Source: Tubiluchus corallicola | Lineage: Eukaryota > Animalia > Priapulida | DNA: 35,333 nucleotides | Assembly: GCA_030141605.1 (NCBI GenBank) | Contig: JAQGDQ010000713.1 | Span: 1-35,333 of the forward strand | Reading direction: 5' to 3' | Shown: positions 15,171-25,487 of the stretch, piece after piece | How the letters are laid out: each line of letters begins with the position of its first letter | How positions within the stretch are numbered: position 1 is the stretch's first letter | Made by a program: the position numbers and the translations under genes | Notes under the pieces: generated by a model | What the model was told of the DNA's origin: nothing | The model's input: only the letters and a program-made list of their open reading frames with translations | The model's database searches: none

Positions 15171-15268
15171 TTGTTTTTGCGGTTTTAGAAAATGTAAACA
15201 AACAAATGAAGAAATTTGTTCATATGTGCATTTGATTGCGACAACTCTAACGACTTCTCCGTTACTAG

Positions 15269-15469
15269 GCCTAGCGATCGGAATGCCGCTCACGGAATTT
15301 GATGAAATCAAGGACCTGGAGATGCTGGAGTTTCGCCGGAACGTTCTCACCGTGTGCCAGGACGCCATCGAGAGGCGAGAGCAGACGGGCAACGCCCTCT
15401 ACGTCTACCCGCCGCACGTGGAGTCCACGCCGGACATTCCACAAAACATGATGCACAAGCTTGACGAAG
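15269..15469 (+). CDS. PIK3CA: PI3K p110alpha-like, coding exon 4 (linker to Ras-binding domain)
   Basis: actag|GC CTA...; LAIGMPLTEFDEIKDLEMLEFRRNVLTVCQDAIERREQTGNALYVYPPHVESTPDIPQNMMHKLDE-G|gtacga. Confidence 0.97.
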
Positions 15470-15648
15470 GTACGAAAATTGACCATTTTTTCATTAAAGG
15501 AGAGGTCAAGCGTTCTGAGAAGTTAGGTTCATATAAATGTGCGCAAAAAGCGTTAGAAGGATTTAGTTCTGATGGTGCGTCATAAATGCATCTCGTGTAT
15601 TTTACAAAAACCACTTAAAATTGCGATCATTTCATGCTCAAACACTCT

Positions 15649-16222
15649 CATTTTGGACACTTATTCCACCAATGATGCCATTTTGAACACTTATTCCACC
15701 AATGATGTCATTTTGAACACTTATTCCACCAATGATGTCATTTTGAACACTTATTTCACCAATGATGTCATTTTGAACACTTATTCCACCAATGATGCCA
15801 TTTTGAACACTTATTCCACCAATGATGCCATTTTGAACACTTATTCCACCAATGATGTCATTTTGAACACTTATTCCACCAATGATGTCATTTTGAACAC
15901 TTATTCCACCAATGATGTCATTTTGAACACTTATTCCACCAATGATGTCATTTTGGACACTTATTCCACCAATGATGTCATTTTGAACACTTATTCCACC
16001 AATGATGCCATTTTGAACACTTATTCCACCAATGATGTCATTTTGAACACTTATTCCACCAATGATGTCATTTTGGACACTTATTCCACCAATGATGTCA
16101 TTTTGAACACTTATTCCACCAATGATGCCATTTTGAACACTTATTCCACCAATGATGTCATTTTGAACACCTATTCCACCAATGATGTCATTTTGAACAC
16201 TTATTCCACCAATGATGTCATT
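15649..16222. repeat. 30-bp minisatellite, ~19 copies
   Basis: CATTTTGAACACTTATTCCACCAATGATGT unit, highly homogeneous. Confidence 0.97.
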
Positions 16223-16367
16223 CATCGCCTGAAGAGAACCGTCTATTGTCCGTCTAAAGTATAATAAGTTTTTATAAAAATTAGATTTTTTGGTATTTTT
16301 GCATGAAACTGTAGAAGTCTCAGTTAGTATAAGCAGAATCTTCTTGATTTACCCCCTTGTTTTTGTT

Positions 16368-16592
16368 GTTGTTGTTGGCATCCTTCTGCCTCGGAAGACA
16401 ATGGAGTGTGTGCCAATCGACTGTGGCTGAGCAGTGCGATCCTTGAACGTGTCCAGGGTGCATGCCTGGGCAAGGTGTATGGAGAACCTGAGTTGCCCAG
16501 ACAACAGGAACCCCCCCTCTTCTTCCCTGGTGTAGTTCAAAGGAAAGCGGAGCGATACGTTTGGCACCAGGTTGGCTGCAGGAGCTGCCGGA
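16368..16592 (+). mobile_element. Probable 5' UTR fragment of an RTE-clade LINE
   Basis: GC-rich island; GTTGTTGGCATCCTTC... and AAAGGAAAGC..AGC.ATACGTTTGGCACCAG.TTGGCTGCAGGAG.TGCCGG resemble RTE 5' ends as recalled from memory. Not verified by search. Confidence 0.5.
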
Positions 16593-17294
16593 TTCAGTCA
16601 GTGCGACACTGGTAGCAGCGGACACAGGGCAGCAGCTGTGGCATTGGTGGTGGTAGTGGTGGGGTGGGGGTGTCACAACAGCTATGATGGCAGGACCGCC
16701 AATATTAACAATAGAAGTGGTAGTGATGAATGCAACGCTTTAGTGTGAAGTACAAACCTGGTAATCATCTTTTTCATTGTATCCTTACCCTTAAATTGGA
16801 AAATAGCTAGGATAGCATTCCAGCTGTCAACCATCTCTTTACTGACCTTGTTTGGTGTTGCCTAACATTGATGTTTAAAGATACACCGTAATTTAGCCCA
16901 AGGTAATTTTTTGCGTACACAGATGTTTTTGCATGGCTCTGAAAGTCTAAAAAGTTCTTCTAGTCAGGGCCGTCTCTACGACTCATGAAACTAGGCATTG
17001 TCTTTGGCAAATTTGGTAATAAGCCTCTTCACAGTTCCAGCAATTTTAACGATGATCGTGAAAAGGTCAAAGGTTAAGTGAACCAGACAACACATTTGTG
17101 TACACTTGACAACCCCTCACAACCCATGCTATTGCAGTTATAGCGGTTTTAGCAACTAGCTAGAACATTACCTTGTCCAATTCTTCTTGTTCCCAAGTAA
17201 GACCCTTCTAGTAAATCACCAATTAAGTAATGTCTACATAGAACAACTGAAGTACTGGACTGATGCGGCAGACGTATTGTATTAAGACGCGTTG

Positions 17295-17792
17295 CTGTGT
17301 TACATTTAACCTTTGACCTACAGCAACTGTGCATGAGCAGAATGAAACTCCACGTAAAGCGACTGAAACTGCTGAACTCAGCTGCAGAAGGCTTTGCTTT
17401 GCACACATGCCACGCGGCGGTTGTAGTTCAGACTCACTGCTATGGTACACGTAACTTTTTACCTACAGCAACTGCACATGCGCACAACGAAACTCCACGT
17501 AAAGCGACTGAAACTGTTGAACTCAGCTGCAGAAGGCCTTGCTTTACACACATGTCACATGGCAGTTGTAGTTCAGACTCACTGCTATGGTACACGTAAC
17601 TTTTTACCTACAGCAACTGTACATGCGCAGAACGAAACTCCAGGTAAAGCGGCTATAACTGCTGAGCTCAGCTGCAGACGGCTTTGCTTTACACATATGC
17701 CACGCGGCGGTTGTAGTTCAGACTCACTGCTATGGTACACATAACTTTACCTACAGCAATTGCACATGCGTAGAATGAAACTCCACGTAAAG
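17295..17792. repeat. 145-bp tandem repeat, ~3.4 copies
   Basis: CTACAGCAA recurs at 17318, 17463, 17608 and 17751; abuts the left edge of the LRR array. Confidence 0.93.
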
Positions 17793-17944
17793 CATTTTCC
17801 ACAATTTAGCATTTTCCAATCCCACAAGAGGGAGCATAATATGCCCTAATAAACAAGGTGAATTCCTAGAGCTTTTTCTTCCGTGTACTTCTATGTTTTG
17901 TTTTACCTGGTTTCCTATAATTACATCAATTTCCTCAATAGGAA

Positions 17945-19313
17945 GGCATCGCAGTCACAAACTAATCTGCTGCTTTTAAAATGGAATTTCACGTTAAAAA
18001 AGTTATTGTTTCTATGCAGGCGCAGTTTTGTCATGCGACTTATTTTCGTGAACGAGATAGTGATGTATCGAAATTTAGGATTGTTTGAAAGATCGAGGTT
18101 TGCAGTTGTGAGACTTTTGCAGAACTTCAATTGAAGGAACTCTAAACGATGCATATTGTAAAATGCTTTGGGGTGAATCACTTTCATTCCTTTAATGTAG
18201 TTCAAATGGACATCTTCCGCCGAGCCTTGCGTAAAGTTTTCTCCGAGGTCGTCCATGTGGCCACGGTCGATTGCCAGGGTGTTAACATGCTTGCCTTCCA
18301 AAAAATTATTTGGCAAACTTTTCGCTTTAAACGAGGTGATTCTTAAAGTCAGGGCAAGACCAAAACCTGGATATGGGACCGAATTTGATATTTCCTCCAG
18401 TTTTGTGGAATCCAAGTCCATTTGCTTGCTATCGGAAATTATCCTGCAATATAATTTCCATATTTTAGTTACATTACACGTGGATACAGTGTAGCTGCAA
18501 TCTTCATATATACTCTTATTGTTGGAACAAAAATCTAGAAAGGTCAGTGAAGACGCCCAAGAATGGACTTCAGGCTTTTTGCCTGCTACATGCCAGCAGT
18601 GTATTTTACTACTACGCCACTGGTTTTTTTCATCCATACGGTTCTACAATCACATGTAAAATTCTCATTTAGTTCGAATGTAATCTTCACTTTCTCGGGC
18701 GTCACGCCGCATGAAATTTTGGCTTATCCATCGTAGCAATCGCGGTTTTTATTACATGAAGTTCTTCAAATTTTGGAGAGTTTGACACGTCCAAAAAATG
18801 CCACTCTGTCAGGCTTTGACATTTGTCAACAAACAGATGTTTTAGTGAAATTAAATTTTTGAATGCCTTTGGATGTATTTTTACTAGTTGTTTGTTTTCC
18901 TTTATTTTAACAAATTCAACACCGTGCGCGAGTAGAAAGTTCTCCCGGAGTTCTGTTATCCCATCACTTTCTTTTATTTGGAATTCCTCAACTTCAATGT
19001 CTTGTAAAAAATTTGATGGTAGTGCATTGCTTTCGTAGCGCTTCACTGTAATGTCAGATGCCTTTCCACCAAGGTGAGAGTTTATTGCTGTTCGTAATTT
19101 TTCGACAATACCTGCATTGGTTGTGCCATCAAAGCCGCAAGTGATGCCAGTGTCACCCCGTGCATTTTCAGACCTCCAGCAGTTTTCACTAAGAATTCCG
19201 CTTGACGTACCGACAAATATATCCGTATACGTGCTGACATCCAGTGTAATAAAAATGAGGCAGAAAACTTTCACAGAACTGCTGTTTGGGGGTATTAGTG
19301 CCATCACCTGCAT
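17945..19313 (-). pseudogene. LRR array copy A (two 1-bp deletions, C-terminally truncated)
   Basis: Colinear with copy B; frameshifts at ~18707 and in the T7 run 18624-18630. Homology ends after CDCDA, so the hydrophobic tail is lost. Confidence 0.8.
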
Positions 19314-19444
19314 TGCTGGAAGTTTCTTGTTCCCCTAAAGCAGGATGACAGCATGTTGTGACATGTAGTCATGTCAATAATTACTAGGGAATACAAGCAG
19401 TTTCGCAGTTGTTACTAATGACAACAATTGTTTAGTTATGTCGT

Positions 19445-20150
19445 CGTATATATATGTAAGAGTCAAGGCTACAGCTCTGACGGCGGCACTATTTGCGGTG
19501 ATCTATATTTCAAAAGAAATGTCTCGATCTAGTATCGTGCCATTGGGGGTTTATTTTTCGAATCGGGTTCACCGGGACGAAAATTGGGGGGTAAAGAAAC
19601 CTCGAAAAATGGCCATTTTTTGACCATTTTTTGCAAAACTTATACTTCTTATTTTTGGACAGCGGGAATGGGCCATAGGTTGTGCTGGCTATGGATAGAT
19701 AGCCCGTTCAGCAGTGGGTGTAGTAGGTATATTTAGAATTCGCGAGAGGGCAATGGTGTCCCGCAACGGTCATTTTCCCGCATCAAACTCGCGATTTTTT
19801 CGAAATTTTTGTCAAACAGCCTGCAGAAAAAACATTCTAGTGGCGCCTGGTGGGACTCTCGGAAGCAGATATATGGCTCTATAGAAAGAGGAAGAACAGG
19901 GCTACACAATGATGTGGGCTATATTTTAGGGCACGTCTACTAAGAGGAGTACCGACGAGTTAATTAGATGCTCTATTTTTAGCAATTTTTTCGTTGTTCT
20001 GACGTCATCCCTTATACTCTGCCTATAACTTTAATTCAGTAAAAGCTGCTGCTGGTTTTGTGTTATGAGTGAGGACTATGTAGGATGATTACATATTATT
20101 GATTATAAGTGTATTTATACGCAAAATTTTTACAGGGGCTTTGCTAGTCT
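19445..20150 (+). mobile_element. Possible non-autonomous Helitron-like insert carried in each array unit (also ~24200-24917, 27597-27830 truncated, ~29302-30007, ~33929-34638)
   Basis: Begins TATATATA.., ends GGGGCTTTGCTAGT (CTAG-T); no TIRs; composition differs from flanks. No clear 3' hairpin. Confidence 0.3.
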
Positions 20151-20586
20151 AGTATGAAAGTTAGAACAAGTTCGCTCTATGCACGAATTTTATGCATGCT
20201 GTACTTTGTAATAACCCCTTAACATGAAATTCTTAATTTGGTTCTTGACTTGACTATGGGTACACGGGGGCAGTGGGGACAATATGTGAGATGGTTTGCA
20301 TGCACAAGTTTCGTAAACAGAAATAACGAACTTGCCTGTAATGCTTTTGAAAGTTTGCAGAGGTGTGCTGATGATGCTGTCCTTTCAAATTGGCCTGTTT
20401 ATTTTCCACTCATTTAGTTCAAGTTACACCATGTCAAGCCGAAAAGTGCATGGCAAAAAAACATTGTTTCCTACAAAAAATCAAAAGCAACATGAACTTC
20501 TTATCATCATACCCGCATGTATGATTCATCATTATTAATGCCAAGCTGTTCTCTTATAACAATTAATGCACTTTCTATGTTTTAAT

Positions 20587-21122
20587 ATGTTGTTTATTGC
20601 TGCAGACGATAGTTTCGACACCAACTGTCATTTTCAATGCTATAAATCAAGCCAAAACAAATAATTAGCACAATTATGACAGTACTAATCAAGGCATAAA
20701 ATAAATTATATCATTAAACATGTTGTTTTATTGCTGCAGACGATTGTTTCGACATCAACTGTCATTTTCAATGCTATAAATCAAGCCAAAACAAACAATT
20801 AGCACAATTATGACAGTACTAATCAAGGCATAAAATAAATTATATCATTAAACATGTTGTTTTATTGCTGCAGACGATTGTTTCGACATCAACTGTCATT
20901 TTCAATGCTCTAAATCAAGCCAAAACAAATAATTAGCAGAATTATGACACTACCTACCAAGGCATAAAATAAATTATATCATTAAACATGTTGTTTTATT
21001 GCTGCAGACGATTGTTTCGACAGCAACTGTCATTTTCAATGCTATAAATCAAGCCAAAACAAATAATTACCACAATTATGACAGTACTAATCAAGGCATA
21101 AAATAAATTATATCATCAAACA
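20587..21122 (-). repeat. 134-bp tandem repeat x4, each unit with a minimal hammerhead-like motif
   Basis: Units start at 20587, 20720, 20854 and 20988; minus strand GCA-TTGAAAA-T-GACA-N5-TGTC-GAAA-C-N4-G-TC-TGC. Confidence 0.9.
20602..20640 (-). ncRNA. Putative minimal type I hammerhead ribozyme (U3-A8 core variant), first of ~10 copies
   Basis: Ordered core UUGAAAA / GAAA / GUC, 4-bp stem II, very short stem III and GCA/UGC stem I; architecture of Penelope-type minimal hammerheads. Confidence 0.6.
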
Positions 21123-21476
21123 ATCAGAGAATGAAATTCAAAGTGTCAGATGGAACTACAACTTTGAAAGAGGTTCTCATGTAAAGAAAACAAAAATTGT
21201 ACCTTCTGTATCAGATTCAGGCAAAGATCACAACAACCAGCAAACAATTAGTTTAGCACCAAGCAAAGTCTGCATTCTGTTGGGTGGGAAAACAAACCAC
21301 TGTAACCAGAGTTAGAAGAATAATGCACATTTTACACAATTTAGCATTTTCCAATCCCACAAGAGGGAGCATAATATGCGCTAATAAACAACGTGAATTC
21401 CTAGAGCTTTTTCTTCTGTGTACTTCTATGTTTTGTTTTACCTGGTTTCCTATAATTACATCAGTTTGGAAACCCC

Positions 21477-22006
21477 TCAGTTCCCAACCTGTCGTAATAG
21501 TACCTCTTGGGGGTACCAGTGAACACTACAAGATGTACCTGAGGAGCCTCTTAGACAATTTTAAAAAAAGTGTTATATAATAATCAGCAGGTAGTTCACA
21601 CATCTCTGTTGACAGTGCCAACAATTCATTGTTATTGGTCGAGGTCATGACCTTGTCTACTGTAAAGCTTTCAGTTAATTTTGGCCCTGTGTGAAGAAAG
21701 CTTTTCAACAATGGTGTCAGTCAGGACAAAAGCCCGAAACCGCCTTGACGTTTGCCGAGGCACGAGAGTCAGTCTGTCAAAAACTGAACTTCGATTCAAA
21801 AAGTTAGATTCTGCCATGCAACACACAGCCATCTCATTAAACTCTCATTTAGTCCACTTTATTGGAGCAATATGAATAATAAAGATATTCATAATGTTAC
21901 ATCACTGTTGGTTCTTCATTTTGCTTATGGCAGGCGAAGCGGTACCATAAAAAAATGTAGGTACAGGGTGTCCAAAGGTATGGAACCGGGGTTTAGGCAG
22001 CCACTA
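21477..22006 (+). mobile_element. Decayed hAT (Charlie/Buster-like) remnant in the array spacer
   Basis: GTTCCCAACC TIR remnant and [21 protein letters not shown] dimerisation-domain fragment; ends approximate. Confidence 0.75.
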
Positions 22007-22227
22007 CACCCAGTTTTGCCCAGGAGCAATAGAGCTAAGCAAATGTTTACGCTGTGCAGCATATCCGGCGATTAATAAAAAAAGTTTCTTGTTTTAGTTG
22101 AAGCAGCGCACGCTTACAGAAAGCCAAGATGTGTTTGCGAAAAGTCATGAGGCCTGAGAATTACGTCATGATTTTCAGGTGAATGGCAGCTACCAGTCCA
22201 CTGTGCATGAAAATTTCTATACAGTGA

Positions 22228-22472
22228 CAATACAAATTGCCTTATGCTTTAAAAATAGTTTTACCAAATTTATTTGTTATATTTTTCTAAGTTTAAATGA
22301 CACCAGTAACGTAAAACCATGCATACTAAAGTGACATGTACTTTGTTTTAACAATACAAATTGCCTTATGCTTTAAAAACAGTTTTACCAAATTCATTTG
22401 TTATATTTTTCTAAGTTTAAATGACACCAGTAACATAAAAACATGCATGCTAAGTGACATGTACTTTGTTTA
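22228..22472. repeat. ~122-bp direct duplication just 3' of the LRR stop codon (also ~25647-25890, ~31958-32202)
   Basis: ACAATACAAATTGCCTTATG...GTGACATGTACTTTGT present twice in each complete unit. Confidence 0.88.
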
Positions 22473-22496
22473 AACTTCACTAAAGCCAAATTCCTT

Positions 22497-24059
22497 TCAT
22501 ATTATGCTGGTACAGATTGTCAAAAGTATTGTCAAGAATATGTTTGTCTGTGTAGTCGAAGTTCCTCCATCGATAAGAGCCCTGATGTTATTTAAGCTGC
22601 AGTTAAAGTCTGAAATGTTTGGATTTTCGCCGCCTTCTATTCGTGGCACCCAGCAGTCCAGCCGAAGTTTCTTCCATTTTACTTGCATCATCCAGATGGC
22701 ATCGCAGTCACAAACTAATCTGCTGCTTTGAAAATGGAATTTCACGTTAAAAAAGTTATTGTTTCTATGCAGGCGCAGTTTTGTCATGCGACTTATTTTC
22801 GTGAACGAGATTGCGATGTATCGAAATTTAGGATTGTTTGAAAGATCGAGGTTTGCAGTTGTGAGACTTTTGCAGAACTTCAATATAAGCAACTCTAAAC
22901 GATGCATATTGTAAAATGCTTTGGGGTGAATCGCTGTCATTCCTTTAATGTACTTCACAGCGAGAGTTACAGGCGAGCCTTGCGTAAAGTTTTCTCCGAG
23001 GTAGTTCATGTGGCCATAGTCGATTGCCAGGGTGTTAACATGCTTGCCTTCCAAAAAATTATTTGGCCAACTTTTCGCTTTAAACCATTCGATTTCTAAA
23101 TGCAGTGTAAGACCAAAACCTGGATATGGGACCGAATTTGATATTTCCTCCAGTTTTGTGGAATCCAAATCCATTTCCTTGCCATTGCAAATTATCACGC
23201 AATATAATTTAAATTTTTTAATTACATTACACGTGGATATAGTGAAGCTGCAATCTTCATATATACTCGTATCGTTGGGACAAAAATCTAGAATGGTCAG
23301 TGAAGACGCCCAAGAATGGACTTCAGGCTTTTTGCCTGCTACATGCCAGCAGTGTATTTTACTACTACGCCACTGGTTTTTTTTCATCCATACGGTTCTA
23401 CAATCACATCTAAAATTCTCATTTAGTTCGAATGTAATCTTCACTTTCTCGGGCGTCACACCTGCATGAAATTTTGGCTTATCCATCGTAGCGATCGCGG
23501 TTTTTATTACATGAAGTTCTTCAAATTTTGGAGAGTTTGACACGTCCAAAAAATGCCACTCTGTCAGACTTTGACAATAGTCAACAAACAGATGTTTTAG
23601 TGAAATTAAATTTTTGAATGCCTTTGGATGTATTTTTACTAGTTGTTTGTTTTCCTTTATTTTAACAAATTCAACACCTTGCGCGAGTAGAAAGTTCTCC
23701 CGGAGTTCTGTTATCCCATCACTTTCTTTTATTTGGAATTCCTCAACTTCAATGTCTTGTAAAAAATTTGATGGTAGTGCATTGCTTTCGTAGCGCTTCA
23801 CTGTAATGTCAAATGCCTTTCCACCAAGGTGAGTGTTTATTGCAGTTCGTAATTTTTCGACAATACCTGCGTTGGTTGTGCCATCAAAGCCACAAGTGAT
23901 GCCAGTGTCACCCCGTGCATTTTCAGACCTCCAGCAGTTTTCACTAAGAATTCCGCTTGACGTACCGACAAATATATCCGTATACGTGCTGACATCCAGT
24001 GTAATAAAAATGAGGCAGAAAACTTTCACAGAACTGCTGTTTGGGGGTATTAGTGCCAT
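22497..24059 (-). CDS. LRR array copy B: intact ~520 aa secreted, probably GPI-anchored two-module leucine-rich-repeat protein
   Basis: Single uninterrupted ORF. N-terminal hydrophobic stretch (VKVFCLIFITLDV); two homologous modules with LPxNFL, LxENF, IHPKAFxNxxxLxxL and LRRCT-like CDC..W..C; C-terminal DGGTSTTQTNIFLTILLTICTSII-stop. First ATG at 24059 (the track start is GTG). Confidence 0.9.
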   Translation of the reverse strand: MALIPPNSSSVKVFCLIFITLDVSTYTDIFVGTSSGILSENCWRSENARGDTGITCGFDGTTNAGIVEKLRTAINTHLGGKAFDITVKRYESNALPSNFLQDIEVEEFQIKESDGITELRENFLLAQGVEFVKIKENKQLVKIHPKAFKNLISLKHLFVDYCQSLTEWHFLDVSNSPKFEELHVIKTAIATMDKPKFHAGVTPEKVKITFELNENFRCDCRTVWMKKNQWRSSKIHCWHVAGKKPEVHSWASSLTILDFCPNDTSIYEDCSFTISTCNVIKKFKLYCVIICNGKEMDLDSTKLEEISNSVPYPGFGLTLHLEIEWFKAKSWPNNFLEGKHVNTLAIDYGHMNYLGENFTQGSPVTLAVKYIKGMTAIHPKAFYNMHRLELLILKFCKSLTTANLDLSNNPKFRYIAISFTKISRMTKLRLHRNNNFFNVKFHFQSSRLVCDCDAIWMMQVKWKKLRLDCWVPRIEGGENPNISDFNCSLNNIRALIDGGTSTTQTNIFLTILLTICTSII

Positions 24060-25351
24060 CACATGCGTTGCTGAAAGTTTCTTGTTCCCCTAAAGCAGGA
24101 TGACAGCATGTTGTGACATGTAGTCAAGCCAATAATTACTAGGGAATACAAGCAGTTTCACATTCGTTACTAATGACAACAATTGTTTAGTTATGTCATT
24201 GTATATATATGTAAGAGTCAAGGCTACAGCTCTGACGGCGGCACTATTTGCGGTGATCTATACATCAAAAGAAATGTCTCGATCTAGTATCATGCCATCG
24301 GGGGTTTATTTTTCGAATCGGGTTCACCGGGACGAACGTTGGGGGGAGGGAGGTGGCTAAAAAAACCTTGAAAAATGGCCATTTTTGGCCTTTTTTCGCA
24401 AAACTTTTACCTCTTATTTTTGGAGAATGGGAACAGGCCATGGGTGGTGCTGGCTATGGATAGATAGCCCGTTCATTAGTGGGTGTAGTAGGCATATTTA
24501 GAATTCGCGAGAGGGCCACGGTGTCCCGCAACGGGTGTTTTCCCGGACCCGACTAGCGATTTTTTGAAAATTTTTGTCAAACAGCCTGCAGAAAAAACGT
24601 TCTAGTGGCACCTGGTGGGACTCTCGGAAGGAGATATATAGCTCTATAGAAAGAGGAAGAACAGGGCTACACGGTGATGTGGGCTATATTTTAGGACACG
24701 TCTACCAAGAGGAGTACCGACCAGTTAATTAGATGCTCTATTTTTGGCAATTTTTTCATTGTTCTGACGTCATCCATTATACTCTGCCTATAACTTTAAT
24801 TCAGTAAAAGCTGCTGCTGGTTTTGCGTTATAAGTGAGGACTATGTAGGATGATTACATATTATTGATTATAAGTGTATTTATATGCAAAATTTTTTACA
24901 GGGGCTTTGCTAGTCTAGTATGAAAGTTAGAACAAGTTCGCTCTATGCACGAATTTGATGCATGCTTTACTTTGTAATAAGCTCTTAACATGAAATTCTT
25001 AATTGGTTCTTGACTTGACTATGGGTACATGGGGGCAGTGGGGACAATATGTGTGACGGTTTGCATGCACAGGTTTCTTAAACAGAAGGAACAAACTTGT
25101 CTGTAATGCTTTTGAAAGTTTGCAGAGGTGTGCTGATGATGCTGTCCTTTCAAATTGGCCTGTTTATTTTCCACTCATTTAGTTCAAGTTACACCATTTT
25201 AAGCTGAAAAGTGCAAAGCAAAAAAACATTGTTTCCTAGAAAAAATCAAAAGCAACATGAACTTCTTATCATCATACCCGCATGTATGATTCATCAGTAT
25301 TAATGCCAAGCTCTTCTCTTATAAGAATTAATGCACTTTCTATGTTTTAAT

Positions 25352-25487
25352 ATGTTGTTTATTGCTGCAGACGATTGTTTCGATACCAACTGTCATTTTC
25401 AATGCTCTAAATGAAGCCAAAACAAATAATTAGCACAATTATGACAGTACTAATCAAAGCATAGAATTAATTATACATTTAAACATG
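25352..25487 (-). repeat. Single copy of the 134-bp hammerhead-like unit
   Basis: Same unit, with a stem II mismatch (GACA/TATC); followed by a deletion relative to the long spacers. Confidence 0.85.

Noticed and set aside
14606-15392. Asp/Met/Ser-rich ORFs
   Set aside because: Products of GAT-rich intronic tandem repeats between PI3K exons.
15572-16264. 230 aa and 195 aa decapeptide-repeat ORFs; CRISPR-like appearance
   Set aside because: A 30-bp minisatellite is open by arithmetic on both strands; there are no unique spacers or cas genes and the context is eukaryotic.
17149-17744. ORFs and a possible ribozyme in the 145-bp repeat
   Set aside because: The period is not a multiple of 3, and GAAAC is present without a properly placed CUGANGA-type core and stem II.
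22497-24059. Toll-like receptor or true VLR assignment
   Set aside because: No TIR or cytoplasmic domain; repeats do not follow the regular 24-aa VLR consensus, and there is no Thr/Pro stalk or incomplete germline gene.
22504-24093. Plus-strand ORFs overlapping the LRR genes (repeated in each copy)
   Set aside because: Antisense shadows with no PI3K or other recognisable similarity; they open and close inconsistently among copies.
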